DNA of 63,849 nucleotides, the filler included, from Octopus bimaculoides (Eukaryota): the NCBI RefSeq assembly GCF_001194135.2. It is 7 parts of 7 records of this genome, joined end to end, with 100 filler letters (N's around TTAATTAATTAA, not from the genome) between each part and the next. Parts side by side here need not be neighbours in the genome. Positions count along the whole stretch, not along the records: positions 21,481 to 42,664 come from NC_068990.1; 6 more parts are not named here. The stretch is one strand, 5' to 3'. Numbering within the stretch: position 1 is the stretch's first letter; every line of letters begins with the position of its first letter. The notes under the pieces are model-generated. The model was not told the origin of the DNA and did not search any database. It saw only the letters and a list, made by a program, of their open reading frames with translations. Shown piece after piece: positions 25,241-37,004 of the stretch. Made by a program: the position numbers and the translations under genes.

Positions 25241-25606
25241 TCTCTATAAATGGCAATTTTTGTCTGTCTGATACCATCTTACTGCCTAAAAGAGCTGAAC
25301 CAATATTCACCAAACTTTGCATACATGTTACACTAACATTCAGTTCAACAATAGGCTAATTAGATTTCAATAAAAATCTATAACGTGCCCCCTAGGGGAG
25401 GAGAATTATATGATAAAATGTGAAGGGTGCAAAAAGTATTAGTCAGAGGGAAATGTAGCAGCAGAGTGAGTGTGAATGATATCAAGGAAGGGGAGTGCAA
25501 TGTTCTGTAAGCGGCAAATATGGAGTAGCAACGGGATGATAACATTAATACAACTGTCATATACACACGAGTCTGCATACATGATTTCGTAAATACATAG
25601 ATACAT

Positions 25607-25642
<36 letters not shown>

Positions 25643-25743
25643 NNNNNNNNNNNNNNNNNNNNNNNNNNNNNNNNNNNNNNNNNNNNNNNNNNNNNNNNNN
25701 NNNNNNNNNNNNNNNNNNNNNNNNNNNNNNNNNNNNNNNNNNA

Positions 25744-26156
25744 GCCAGCATACTGTCATTCCAGAAGCCTTGGTACCGTTTCTCTATAGCACGAATATCC
25801 TGGTGAAATCTTTCACCATGTTCAGCAGACACTGCTCCAAGGTTATCTGCGAAGAAATCCAGATGGGAGTCCAAGAAGTGAACTTTCAGTGACATGCGAC
25901 AACCCATTGCTGAATAACATTTCAGAAGATTCTTGATGCCATCCTTGTAGTCCATTGCCTTCTTGTTTCCCAAGAAATTCTCACAGATCCAATTGAAAGC
26001 ATTCCAGGCATGCAGTTCCGGTGCATCCAGTGTTGCCTTAAAGTTGACATCTTTGAGTACTTCTCTAATTTGGAGTCCGACAAAGGTACCCTCTTTCAAC
26101 TTAGCCTGTGTGATTTTGGGAAACTTTTCTAACCGTCTGTGCATAGAAAACATGCC
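25744..26156 (-). mobile_element. Chapaev-like (CMC superfamily) transposase fragment
   Basis: KFPKITQAKLKEGTFVG.QIR..ENFLGN..MSLKVHFLDSHLDFF..NLGAVSAEHGERFHQDI..EKRYQG; stop-free over about 137 aa up to the gap. Confidence 0.65.
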
Positions 26157-27945
26157 TTACCTCCCTTTGATAGTCTGGGAGGCGGTGCAATCTTAATCAT
26201 GCACTCAGCTCATAGGTGTACTCTTCCTAGATGCGACAGCGCGTGTTCTGCATAAACTATCAAGCCCGAAAGCTCCGGGCACTGAATAGGGGCGTGCAGA
26301 ACGGTTTCATCATCCTGCCCGCACCTTGGGCATGCCGGTGGCACAGACATCCTATGCCTAGACAGTTTATCACGAACAGGTAAAGCATTCCTATAGCACT
26401 GCCAGGTCAGGGATTTCTGGTAGTTATTCAGGTACCCCGACCCGAAAGTTCTTTGAAACAGGTTGGCTAGCTGGCCCTCATCGAGCCCCAGAGCTTCTCC
26501 TAGGACGTCACCCCTCTTGAACTCTACTAGCCCGCTATAGAGTATCGAGGTGGTACTCCCGCTGCCGGCCTTGCACGCTTTGTGGATTAGCACGAGTGCC
26601 TGTCGGCACTCTTTTTGCCATTCAGCCAGGTTCCATCTTTTTATGAAATTGGGTTTGAATTCCTCCAAGGAGGTCAGTCGCGGAAAGAATGTCTCCGCCA
26701 GCGGATTCCACACCTGGTCACCCTCCGGATAGAGCCAAAGGTGCCTCAGCCTCAGCGCATATTTGCGCATCATCAGCCACNNNNNNNNNNNNNNNNNNNN
26801 NNNNNNNNNNNNNNNNNNNNNNNNNNNNNNNNNNNNNNNNNNNNNNNNNNNNNNNNNNNNNNNNNNNNNNNNNNNNNNNNNNNNNNNNNNNNNNNNNNNN
26901 NNNNNNNNNNNNNNNNNNNNNNNNNNNNNNNNNNNNNNNNNNNNNNNNNNNNNNNNNNNNNNNNNNNNNNNNNNNNNNNNNNNNNNNNNNNNNNNNNNNN
27001 NNNNNNNNNNNNNNNNNNNNNNNNNNNNNNNNNNNNNNNGCATCCCTAACCCACCTTTTAGCGGTTTTTGGCAGTAGGCAGAGTGCCTCACAAGCGGTTT
27101 TTATCCCTTCCACAAAAAGCGAAAGAGAAGGCGTTCCAACTTGTTTAGCCATGAATCAGCGCAAGGGACAACGTTCAGACGGTAGGTGATAACAGATGCA
27201 ATATACACCTGCACCACCTCCGCCCTTCCAGACCAGGTTCGGATTGGGGCTGCCACCCTGTCTGCCACCTCACTCCAATTCTTCTCCGTCTGAGAATCCG
27301 GTCCAAACCAGACTCCAAGCAACTTAACAGGACCTTCCGTCCAGCTCTGACTCTACATCCTTCGTGTTTGGCTTTGAGATGACGGTACAAAACCGCTCTC
27401 GCTGCCATTGCTCTGGATGCAGAGCCAGACTCCGTGGCCTCATCTAATTCCTTAGTTAACGTCCCTTCAATTCTAGACCTTTTTCGCCGCACTTAAAGCA
27501 GCGTGGTCTACGCCCCTCAACGCCAACTCTTACACTCAGCCCCTCCTCTATAAACACCCTATCGAGGTCTTCGGGGCTGGCTTGGACCACAATCTCAAGG
27601 GACTGGCCCTTCCAGTTCTCCACCTCCTTTTTTTCTTTTGCATTTGTAATATTGTCATTCTTTCCTCATATCATATGTAATGGTTTCTGCTATCCATAAT
27701 ACTCCCAAACCCGTCGGAATTTCCTCTACTTTAATTTTGGCAGTTCTTCTGCCTAAATAAGTTGGGAGAAGAATTATCTCGTCGTTTTTCAACGTCATTG
27801 TTGACAGCTCTTTTTCTGTGTTCAAGTCAGCGAATTGCGCCTCTACCGTGGCATTTCTTCTTCCACAGCTGACGTACTTTATTTTGTTCCAAATTGGTAC
27901 CATACATTTCTCTATTGCCTCTTTATCGCAACTAAACAATTAAAA
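26157..27945 (-). mobile_element. Tx1/L1-clade LINE with large internal deletions
   Basis: ORF1 remnant with knuckle GRRPRCFKCGEKG; ORF2 linker AKHEGCRVRA; LLGVWFGPD; LERLLFRFLWKG; KGGLGM; zf-RVT WQCYRNALPV..CPRCGQDDETVLH..QCP. Confidence 0.85.
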
Positions 27946-28093
27946 ATGTGCTTCCGCTGTAGTTGTCATGTGAATGGCATTCCGTGTTCAATTCTTTGTC
28001 AGTATTTCTTTTATTTTATGCAAACAAATACACGATTTCGTATTTAACCCGCAATCTTTAAAAAACAGATCCACTTCAAACTGTATTATCAAT

Positions 28094-28270
28094 ATTGGTT
28101 TCAAATTGTGGCAGGAATAAATCGATTACATCGATCCTAGTGGCCAACTAGTACTTATTTTATCGACCCCAAAAGGATAAAAGACATAGTCTACCTCGGC
28201 GGAATTTGAACTCAGAACGTAAAGACGGATGAAATGCCGCGGAGCACTTGCCAAACGCGGTAACGATTCT
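28094..28270 (-). mobile_element. tRNA-derived SINE, family B (Nin/Deu-domain-like), runs into a gap
   Basis: Matches 54045-54259 (GTACTTATTTTATCGACCCC..GGAATTTGAACTCAGAACG). Confidence 0.85.
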
Positions 28271-28706
28271 NNNNNNNNNNNNNNNNNNNNNNNNNNNNNN
28301 NNNNNNNNNNNNNNNNNNNNNNNNNNNNNNNNNNNNNNNNNNNNNNNNNNNNNNNNNNNNNNNNNNNNNNNNNNNNNNNNNNNNNNNNNNNNNNNNNNNN
28401 NNNNNNNNNNNNNNNNNNNNNNNNNNNNNNNNNNNNNNNNNNNNNNNNNNNNNNNNNNNNNNNNNNNNNNNNNNNNNNNNNNNNNNNNNNNNNNNNNNNN
28501 NNNNNNNNNNNNNNNNNNNNNNNNNNNNNNNNNNNNNNNNNNNNNNNNNNNNNNNNNNNNNNNNNNNNNNNNNNNNNNNNNNNNNNNNNNNNNACGTAAG
28601 TAAAATCATATCGCTTTTGTATTTACTCCTTAGAATTTCCTTGCGGATTTTCTTTCATGTATATTGTAGAATTTACTACGTTTACTAAAACTTCGCTGCG
28701 GAAATA

Positions 28707-29884
28707 TTAGGTTGGCAACTAAGTTCCCGACGTTTTTTTTTTTAATTTAAATTTTTTAAAAGGTTTAATAAAAAATAACAACTAATTAATAATCAATAAT
28801 GTATTCACCCTTGTTTACAACTTCTTCCCAACGTTCAACAAGATTTTCAATACCTCGTTGGTAGAAATCACCCGATTTCAACTCGAAAAATTGACCCAAC
28901 CAAGCTCTCAATTCTGCATCAGTATTGAACGAAACGCCGCGAATAGCATTTAAAAGAGATCGAAAGAGGTCGAAATCCGTTGGTGCCAAATCAGGAGAGT
29001 CCGGCGGGTGTGGCTGCACTTCCCAGCCATGCTTTTGAATGGCTTCTTTGGTCATATTGGCGATATGAGGGCGAGCGTTGTCGTGCAGCAGAACTCCATG
29101 CTGACGATTAGGTCTTTTCTCTTGAATAGCCGTGTTGAGTCGTTCCATCTGTTGAACATAGAGTTCTGCGTTGACCGTTTGGTTCCGTTCAAGCTATTCG
29201 TAATGGATAATCCCTTCCCAGTCCCACCATACACACAACAAAGTTTTACGCGGATGAAGATCTTGTTTCACGCGCGGTGTCGCTTGTTTACCGGGGCTAA
29301 GCCATTCCTTACGTTGCTTCATATTGATGTACAAGTACCGTTTTTCGTCGCCAGTAATGATTCGGTAAAGAAATTGTTGTTTGTGTCCATGAGTTGAGCG
29401 GTGACGAGCAAGCAAACCAGCGGAGATTGTGGCTCGTTGATNNNNNNNNNNTGACGAGAATTTTCGTGCAAAAGTTGGTTTAATCGTTCTTCATCGAACT
29501 CAACTGAACGACCAGAACGAGGTGCGTCTTTGAGGTCAAAATTACCATTTTTGAATTTGGCATACCAATCACGAGCGGTTCTTTCAGCTACAGCACCCTC
29601 TCCATACACAGCACAAATGTCGCGAGCAGCTTTTGCGGCCTTATAACTTTGATTAAAAGCAAAAAGAAGGAGGTGTCGAAAATGCTCGTTTTTTTTAAAC
29701 TTGACATTCCATTTTAATGATTTGAAAATAAACAAAAATTAACTAAAATTAACTAGAAAAAAAAAACAAAACAGATTCCAAAATGATTCAAAAACAGAAT
29801 TCTCGAAAAAATAAATTCCAAAATTTAACAACGCAATAAATTCCAAAATTTAAAAAAACGACAGGAACTTAGTTGCCAACCCAA
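28707..29884 (-). mobile_element. Mariner transposon (DD34D, mellifera-subfamily-like), both TIRs and TA duplications present
   Basis: TA-TTAGGTTGGCAACTAAGTTCC...GGAACTTAGTTGCCAACCCAA-TA. HTH KNEHFRHLLLF..KFKNGNFDLKDAPRSGR; ITGDEK; LCVWWDWEG; LHDNARPH; SPDLAPTD. A few frameshifts and a 10-N gap. Confidence 0.95.
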
Positions 29885-30520
29885 TACTCCACTTCGCTTA
29901 GGAGCCTCAGCGAAGAAAAACACATCTGTTCTTACCTTCTGTCAATTGCTGATGAAAATGGTATAGAACTATCAACTAATGTTTACTTTTCTTGCGTATC
30001 TAAAATATACAGTAGCCTTTTTTTAACAATATTCTAATCATGAAATGCATTTTTACTAATATAACTATAAACTAGTTTAAACCTGATAGTCATTCTCTGT
30101 AGACACTACTTTAAATCTTATTGTCCTTTTCTTGAGGCGTCGACGTAGCTTTGTGTGCAAAAGAAAAAATCTCTATTCAGTTGTTCTGACTACATAGTCA
30201 CGTAAAAAATGGATCAACTAATGTTCTTTTTAAATTTTACAAAGTTTAAGTTATGTTATTGTTCTTTTATTTCTAAATTTAGGTTAACACTAGTTGAGCA
30301 GACATATAAACTCATACAAGTTTATCTCGGAATACTTTATACAATATGTCTTTTGTATTTTTAAAATTTTATAAGGTTGCAAATTGACCAGTTTGTTAAA
30401 ACGTCGGATACAATGAATTACAGTATTCGTTCTAGCACAAAGTTTAAATACCTCCAAAGTCGATTTTACTTTTCAACATTTCAGGGTTGATCAAATACCG
30501 AACCCAGTCCGATCATGAGA

Positions 30521-30567
<47 letters not shown>

Positions 30568-31129
30568 CCTCTCTCTCCCTCTCTCTCTCACTNNNNNNNN
30601 NNNNNNNNNNNNNNNNNNNNNNNNNNNNNNNNNNNNNNNNNNNNNNNNNNNNNNNNNNNNNNNNNNNNNNNNNNNNNNNNNNNNNNNNNNNNNNNNNNNN
30701 NNNNNNNNNNNNNNNNNNNNNNNNNNNNNNNNNNNNNNNNNNNNNNNNNNNNNNNNNNNNNNNNNNNNNNNNNNNNNNNNNNNNNNNNNNNNNNNNNNNN
30801 TTCCATTAGGAGTCGAGAACCCAAGGCAAAGAAAGGTAAGACAATAGTGTGATTTTGGGAAAGATTTGTTTGTTAATTCTATAATGCCATGCAATTCGCT
30901 GGTAGTTCAAGTTTATGTGCTTGTGAATTAAAAGAAAACATAGTCCTGTGATATACTTCACTTTTATACTTTTTAACAACTGAGCCACCGAAGTAGTTAA
31001 ATTTCCCACATATCATATCGAGCTTTCTTTAAAAATAACCCCAAAATATATTTGAATAAAATAATACTGGAAACACTTTGTCTGAAGAAAAAACATGCGT
31101 TGCTTATGGCCGGAATGCCATAGATCTGC

Positions 31130-31372
31130 TCAAACAAGTATCATCTAGATTTAAGTAAGAATATCAGCAACTGATGACCAACAGAGGAGTTTCTAGAATT
31201 AACAGCCAAGTATCGATCCTTTCAGTTTACTGTCTTAAAAAAACACCAAGGACACTTTGTATAATGTAGCATTTTGAAACTAGGAAACCTGACGTAATTA
31301 TAACAGTTATAATACATTTGATCATAGGCTGGCTCATTCAGGACTGACCTAGGGCCTTAACAACTATGTTGC
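31130..31372 (+). mobile_element. Degenerate SINE-like repeat, family D
   Basis: Ends TTTGATCATAGGCTGGCTCATTCAGGACTGACCTAGGGCCTTAACAAC; loosely similar to 48480-48650. Confidence 0.35.
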
Positions 31373-32135
31373 GAGTATAAAAGATAAGAGTGGATGCTGC
31401 TAGAATTAAGCTATTAAGAACAAGATATCTTACGAACATTCACTGTATGTATTTGACAAAGTAAGACACTTCGAACTGGATGTTTTAAAAATTGTTCACG
31501 CTAGAATACACATAAAGTGTTTACGTATAGACTAGTGTATTTAAAAAGAAAACTTGTTTGATCTATCGACGTAGACGTAAATCTGTTTTTTAACTAGCAC
31601 AACATGACGCTCCTTTACGATATATTTCCGTTTCTTTGTCCGTGCTTCTTGAAAATGTGCGTCAGTTAGTTTTATGATCTCATTCATTTGGGCATGACAT
31701 TATTCAGTACTGGACTTCTTATCGGGTTTCTAGAAATCAAGAATTTCCAGAAATCCGAGAATACTGAGCAATACTGAGCAATATACTGAATTGAGTAAAC
31801 AGGCCTTGTTTTTTTAAAGTTGGTTAATTTGTACATGGTATGTTAAAATAGTTTTGTTTTTAAGTAGACTGATAAATATTAAACATAATCTTCTTGAGAA
31901 TTATATTAATTCGTACCTGTACCTGTTAAATAAAATCATGTTCTCTGCTTTTTTTGAGTAATTTTCATCCTGTAAACATTATGCAGTGTACATGGTACTA
32001 CAGTGTGATATATTTAAAGAATTTTAAGTAGAATAATAACTATCTAACAGACCCTGCTTTGGAAGTGTATTAATTTCAGTTTGTTAAATACAGTTTAGCT
32101 CTTTACTTTCCTTAGTTTATTTTATATTTTAAATA

Positions 32136-32489
32136 TGTAGTAACGCCGTGCGCATGCGTAGTCTCACGCATGCGTGGAATTCAACATCCAAGCTTTCCCG
32201 CTTCATTCTGTCTCTTTCTTGCTGGCCAGCGATTGAGCAAGGACGTGTCTAGCTGTCTCTCCATCTTTCGAACTCACCTTAGACAGCTCACATCAATATA
32301 CCAACGTCCCAACAACCATGTTCTCACACACCGAAGACATCTCAACAAACAAGATTAAAGATGTATATTTTCCACCATGAATAAATGTTGTTTGTGTTGA
32401 TAGTCTGGAGTTCTGCGTTGCCGTTAATTCCTAATTTAATATAGGAAAGTCAGGTGTACATCTAATGATGTATAACCCACTTTCCTATA
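32136..32489 (+). repeat. 5' LTR (354 bp)
   Basis: 32248-32489 is roughly 95% identical by eye to 34650-34894; contains AATAAA and GCGCATGCGT/ACGCATGCGT motifs. Confidence 0.9.
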
Positions 32490-34894
32490 ACTGGTGACCC
32501 TCCGACNNNNNNNNNNNNNNNNNNNNNNNNNNNNNNNNNNNNNNNNNNNNNNNNNNNNNNNNNNNNNNNNNNNNNNNNNNNNNNNNNNNNNNNNNNNNNN
32601 NNNNNNNNNNNNNNNNNNNNNNNNNNNNNNNNNNNNNNNNNNNNNNNNNNNNNNNNNNNNNNNNNNNNNNNNNNNNNNNNNNNNNNNNNNNNNNNNNNNN
32701 NNNNNNNNNNNNNNNNNNNNNNNNNNNNNNNNNNNNNNNNNNNNNNNNNNNNNNNNNNNNNNNNNNNNNNNNNNNNNNNNNNNNNNNNNNNNNNNNNNNN
32801 NNNNNNNNNNNNNNNNNNNNNNNNNNNNNNNNNNNNNNNNNNNNNNNNNNNNNNNNNNNNNNNNNNNNNNNNNNNNNNNNNNNNNNNNNNNNNNNNNNNN
32901 NNNNNNNNNNNNNNNNNNNNNNNNNNNNNNNNNNNNNNNNNNNNNNNNNNNNNNNNNNNNNNNNNNNNNNNNNNNNNNNNNNNNNNNNNNNNNNNNNNNN
33001 NNNNNNNNNNNNNNNNNNNNNNNNNNNNNNNNNNNNNNNNNNNNNNNNNNNNNNNNNNNNNNNNNNNNNNNNNNNNNNNNNNNNNNNNNNNNNNNNNNNN
33101 NNNNNNNNNNNNNNNNNNNNNNNNNNTAATATCTCACATACATATAGACGGCCTGTCTTTTATTATGTTCTTATATGTCGCATTCACACTCTCACATACA
33201 CATACATCTTTTATGCCACACTAAATATCTCTTGTTATTCATTTTATACGGTTGTGTTTATCATCTTCTATCGTCTCCCTTTTACTGGCCATATGTTATC
33301 GTAGTATAACATATCATGTATATCATCTTTGATATATTATTTTGTGTTCGACCGTGTGACACGTTTAAATAAAAGGAGTCCTCTGTTTTTCCATTCGTCA
33401 CCATTTCTCCTTTTATGAGTTCGCACTGTCGTGCTCGTCACATGCGAGCAATTTCATCTTGGGTTAAAAATCTCATCAAGGTCGACGCTAATGGTCGTAC
33501 AGAGATTATCTCTGTACGACCATCTGTAAAAGCGTACCTCTCCAAACACCATCATCACCAAGCAGCCTTTTCGCCACCAGCTTCGTTCAACCAAGATTAC
33601 CACCGCGACGACAACAACAACTACTACCAACTACGAGCATTCCCCCGACGTCGCCAACAGTTTCAACAGGACATCATTACCACCATACATACAGAACACA
33701 GCTATATTACAGTTCTTGCGCCGACGTCTTCACCACCAATGTAGTGTCTACCACAATGTCGTGCGCCAACAACCCCACCACCAGGGACACACCATATCAA
33801 ACACTCGGTTTTATTTTTACTGTATGAGTGGGATATCCCCTCACGGAAAATAGTAAGAGCTAGCCGACTAGAATATTTAGTACCAGGTAACAGGTCGAAA
33901 CTAGCATCGATGCTCAACTACAGCTCTGCAACTGACCACAACTTCCTGAGTACGGACATTCAAAATCAACTTGTGTAATTCTCATACGAACTGGATATAT
34001 AGTTTTTGTCTCTACAGACACTTTTAATATGTTCTGTGTTTTCACTCACACACACACTTGTGCACTCACACATTTTCTTTCATTTGTACATTGCATGCAT
34101 GTTCTCACGAGTGCACATTCATTTCTTTCATTTTTCTTTGTGTGTGTTTGTGTTACATTTTGTGGGTGGTTTTCAGTGGCCATCCTGCCTCAGGCGTTCC
34201 AACAAAAAAATTATATTATCGTGCGTTCCACACTGGCAAGGGTAGCCCTGTAGTAACGCCGNNNNNNNNNNNNNNNNNNNNNNNNNNNNNNNNNNNNNNN
34301 NNNNNNNNNNNNNNNNNNNNNNNNNNNNNNNNNNNNNNNNNNNNNNNNNNNNNNNNNNNNNNNNNNNNNNNNNNNNNNNNNNNNNNNNNNNNNNNNNNNN
34401 NNNNNNNNNNNNNNNNNNNNNNNNNNNNNNNNNNNNNNNNNNNNNNNNNNNNNNNNNNNNNNNNNNNNNNNNNNNNNNNNNNNNNNNNNNNNNNNNNNNN
34501 NNNNNNNNNNNNNNNNNNNNNNNNNNNNNNNNNNNNNNNNNNNNNNNNNNNNNNNNNNNNNNNNNNNNNNNNNNNNNNNNNNNNNNNNNNNNNNNNNNNN
34601 NNNNNNNNNNNNNNNNNNNNNNNNNNNNNNNNNNNNNNNNNNNNNNNNNGTCTAGCTGTCTCTCCATCTTTCGAACTCACGCTAGACAGCTCACATCAAT
34701 ATACCAACGTCCCAACAACCATGTTCTCACACACCGAAGACGTCTCAACAAACAAGATTAAAGATGTATATTTTCCACCATGAATAAATGTTGTTTGTGT
34801 TGATAGTCTGGAGTTCAGCGTTCCGTTCATATTTCTAATTTAATATAGGAAAGTCAGGTGTACATCTAATGATGTATAACCCAACATTCCTATA
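32136..34894 (+). mobile_element. Short, probably non-autonomous Ty3/Gypsy LTR element (CsRn1-lineage-like)
   Basis: LTR1 32136-32489 and LTR2 34249-34894 (partly gapped), both TGTAG...CTATA. 4-bp TSD AATA at 32132-32135 and 34895-34898. PBS TGGTGACCCTCCGAC (32492-32506, tRNA-Trp-like). PPT-like GGCAAGGGTAG. Integrase C-terminal remnant KVDANGRTEIISV(DHL)K.AY. Confidence 0.9.
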
Positions 34895-35244
34895 AATATA
34901 TATTTAGACTATCTCCAGAATACCAGAAAATTCAGAAATCCGGGACACTTCCGGTTCCTAGCGTCCCGGAAATTTGTCCGGTACTGTATAACGTTTAAAC
35001 ATTATAGAAGTTAGTGTGATTCTACACTTACATATAATACATAAATTCGTGAAGCGCTTTACATTTTTAAACATTGCTAATTCAAACTTCACCGGAGATT
35101 GTCTTTGTTTTTTATCTCGCTTGGGTCGATAAATGAAGTTCCTTTTCCATTCTGAAGTCAATTTAAGTCACTTAAGTCTTCATTTTAAATTCTGGGGACT
35201 TTGTATTCATTGAGAAATTATAACATTGTTCTTATAGTTCTATT

Positions 35245-35638
35245 CTATCATGAAGAGACTAGAGCGCTTCCATCAATCCAAACTTCGTTCTATTCTGAAC
35301 ATCAACTGGGAAGATCACATCACCAATAACTCTGTGCTTGAAAGATCGGGTCTTCTGAGCATCGAAGCCTTGATCATTGAACATCGTCTCCGATGGTCAG
35401 GTCACGTCCGTCAGATTAATGAACACCGCCTTCCCAAGAACTGTCTCTACGGTGAACTGTCTGTGCCCCCTTGGGGCGGTACAAGAACCAACTCAAATCA
35501 ACCTTGAAAAGCACCAACATCGACCCCGCACACTGGGAGGATATCTCGGCAAACAGACCCCTCTGGAGACACACCATCAAAACGGGTTCAGTGGACTTCG
35601 AGAAAGCTCGAGTCGTAAGAGCTGAACTCAAGAGACAG
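35245..35638 (+). mobile_element. RTE-clade LINE 3' fragment
   Basis: KRLERFHQSKLRSILNINWEDHITN..RLRWSGHVR..RLPK..LYGEL; RYKNQLKSTLK..WEDISANRPLWR. Confidence 0.85.
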
Positions 35639-37004
35639 GNNNNNNNNNNNNNNNNNNNNNNNNNNNNNNNNNNNNNNNNNNNNNNNNNNNNNNNNNNNNN
35701 NNNNNNNNNNNNNNNNNNNNNNNNNNNNNNNNNNNNNNNNNNNNNNNNNNNNNNNNNNNNNNNNNNNNNNNNNNNNNNNNNNNNNNNNNNNNNNNNNNNN
35801 NNNNNNNNNNNNNNNNNNNNNNNNNNNNNNNNNNNNNNNNNNNNNNNNNNNNNNNNNNNNNNNNNNNNNNNNNNNNNNNNNNNNNNNNNNNNNNNNNNNN
35901 NNNNNNNNNNNNNNNNNNNNNNNNNNNNNNNNNNNNNNNNNNNNNNNNNNNNNNNNNNNNNNNNNNNNNNNNNNNNNNNNNNNNNNNNNNNNNNNNNNNN
36001 NNNNNNNNNNNNNNNNNNNNNNNNNNNNNNNNNNNNNNNNNNNNNNNNNNNNNNNNNNNNNNNNNNNNNNNNNNNNNNNNNNNNNNNNNNNNNNNNNNNN
36101 NNNNNNNNNNNNNNNNNNNNNNNNNNNNNNNNNNNNNNNNNNNNNNNNNNNNNNNNNNNNNNNNNNNNNNNNNNNNNNNNNNNNNNNNNNNNNNNNNNNN
36201 NNNNNNNNNNNNNNNNNNNNNNNNNNNNNNNNNNNNNNNNNNNNNNNNNNNNNNNNNNNNNNNNNNNNNNNNNNNNNNNNNNNNNNNNNNNNNNNNNNNN
36301 NNNNNNNNNNNNNNNNNNNNNNNNNNNNNNNNNNTGATTTGTTCGAGTAGACCCTCCAAGACAGTGTCCCAGTATGGCCACAGTCCAATGACTGAAATAA
36401 ATAAAAGACAGTAAAAAATAAAAGATGTTTATTTTATCTCGTTACTTCGTCCAACTTTCCTGTCTTAATATCAAGGTTAATCAAATTATGAAATATATAA
36501 TACTTGAATCTTTCTCAAGTAAGAAGTATGAGACTTTTATTGAACAGTTTCAAATTTGTCTGAACAGTTGGAAATCCATGGATAAAGATGTCATTGTTGA
36601 CATGTGTCAGGATATCAGAAAAATTTGTCCGTTTTTTTTTCCTTTTTTTTTTTTATCTGCTTGGCACTCTATCGTCATATGCCTGAAAAAAAGGTAGAAT
36701 TTATTCATATTTCAAAAATGATAAACAACAGTGGTAGTGGAAAAATGTGGATGGTAATCTCCCGTAATCCGAGAAAGATGGTTCTGTAATTTCTTGGCGA
36801 ACAACTTTCACAAATGGTTTGTTTATAATGATCAACTGTATATGTTGTACATTGGCTCGCTCTCTCTATCAAATCGGCGTTGCCTGAACAAGTGCATGGT
36901 GTACCACGCGTCAGGTGTCGGAGTGATCGCAGAGCAGCGTGAGATGAAGTGAGATGATAGCAGAATATGTCTATCGTAGTGGTTGATGCTTTTCTTTGTA
37001 GCTT

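Larger units (their letters stand above)
31705..34986. mobile_element. Old TA-target MITE (Tigger/pogo-like) into which the LTR element inserted
   Basis: Terminal inverted CAGTACTGGAC (31705-31715) and GTCCGGTACTG-TA (34976-34986), 10/11 match, with degenerate sub-terminal CCGGA/CCAGAAAT repeats. Confidence 0.4.
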
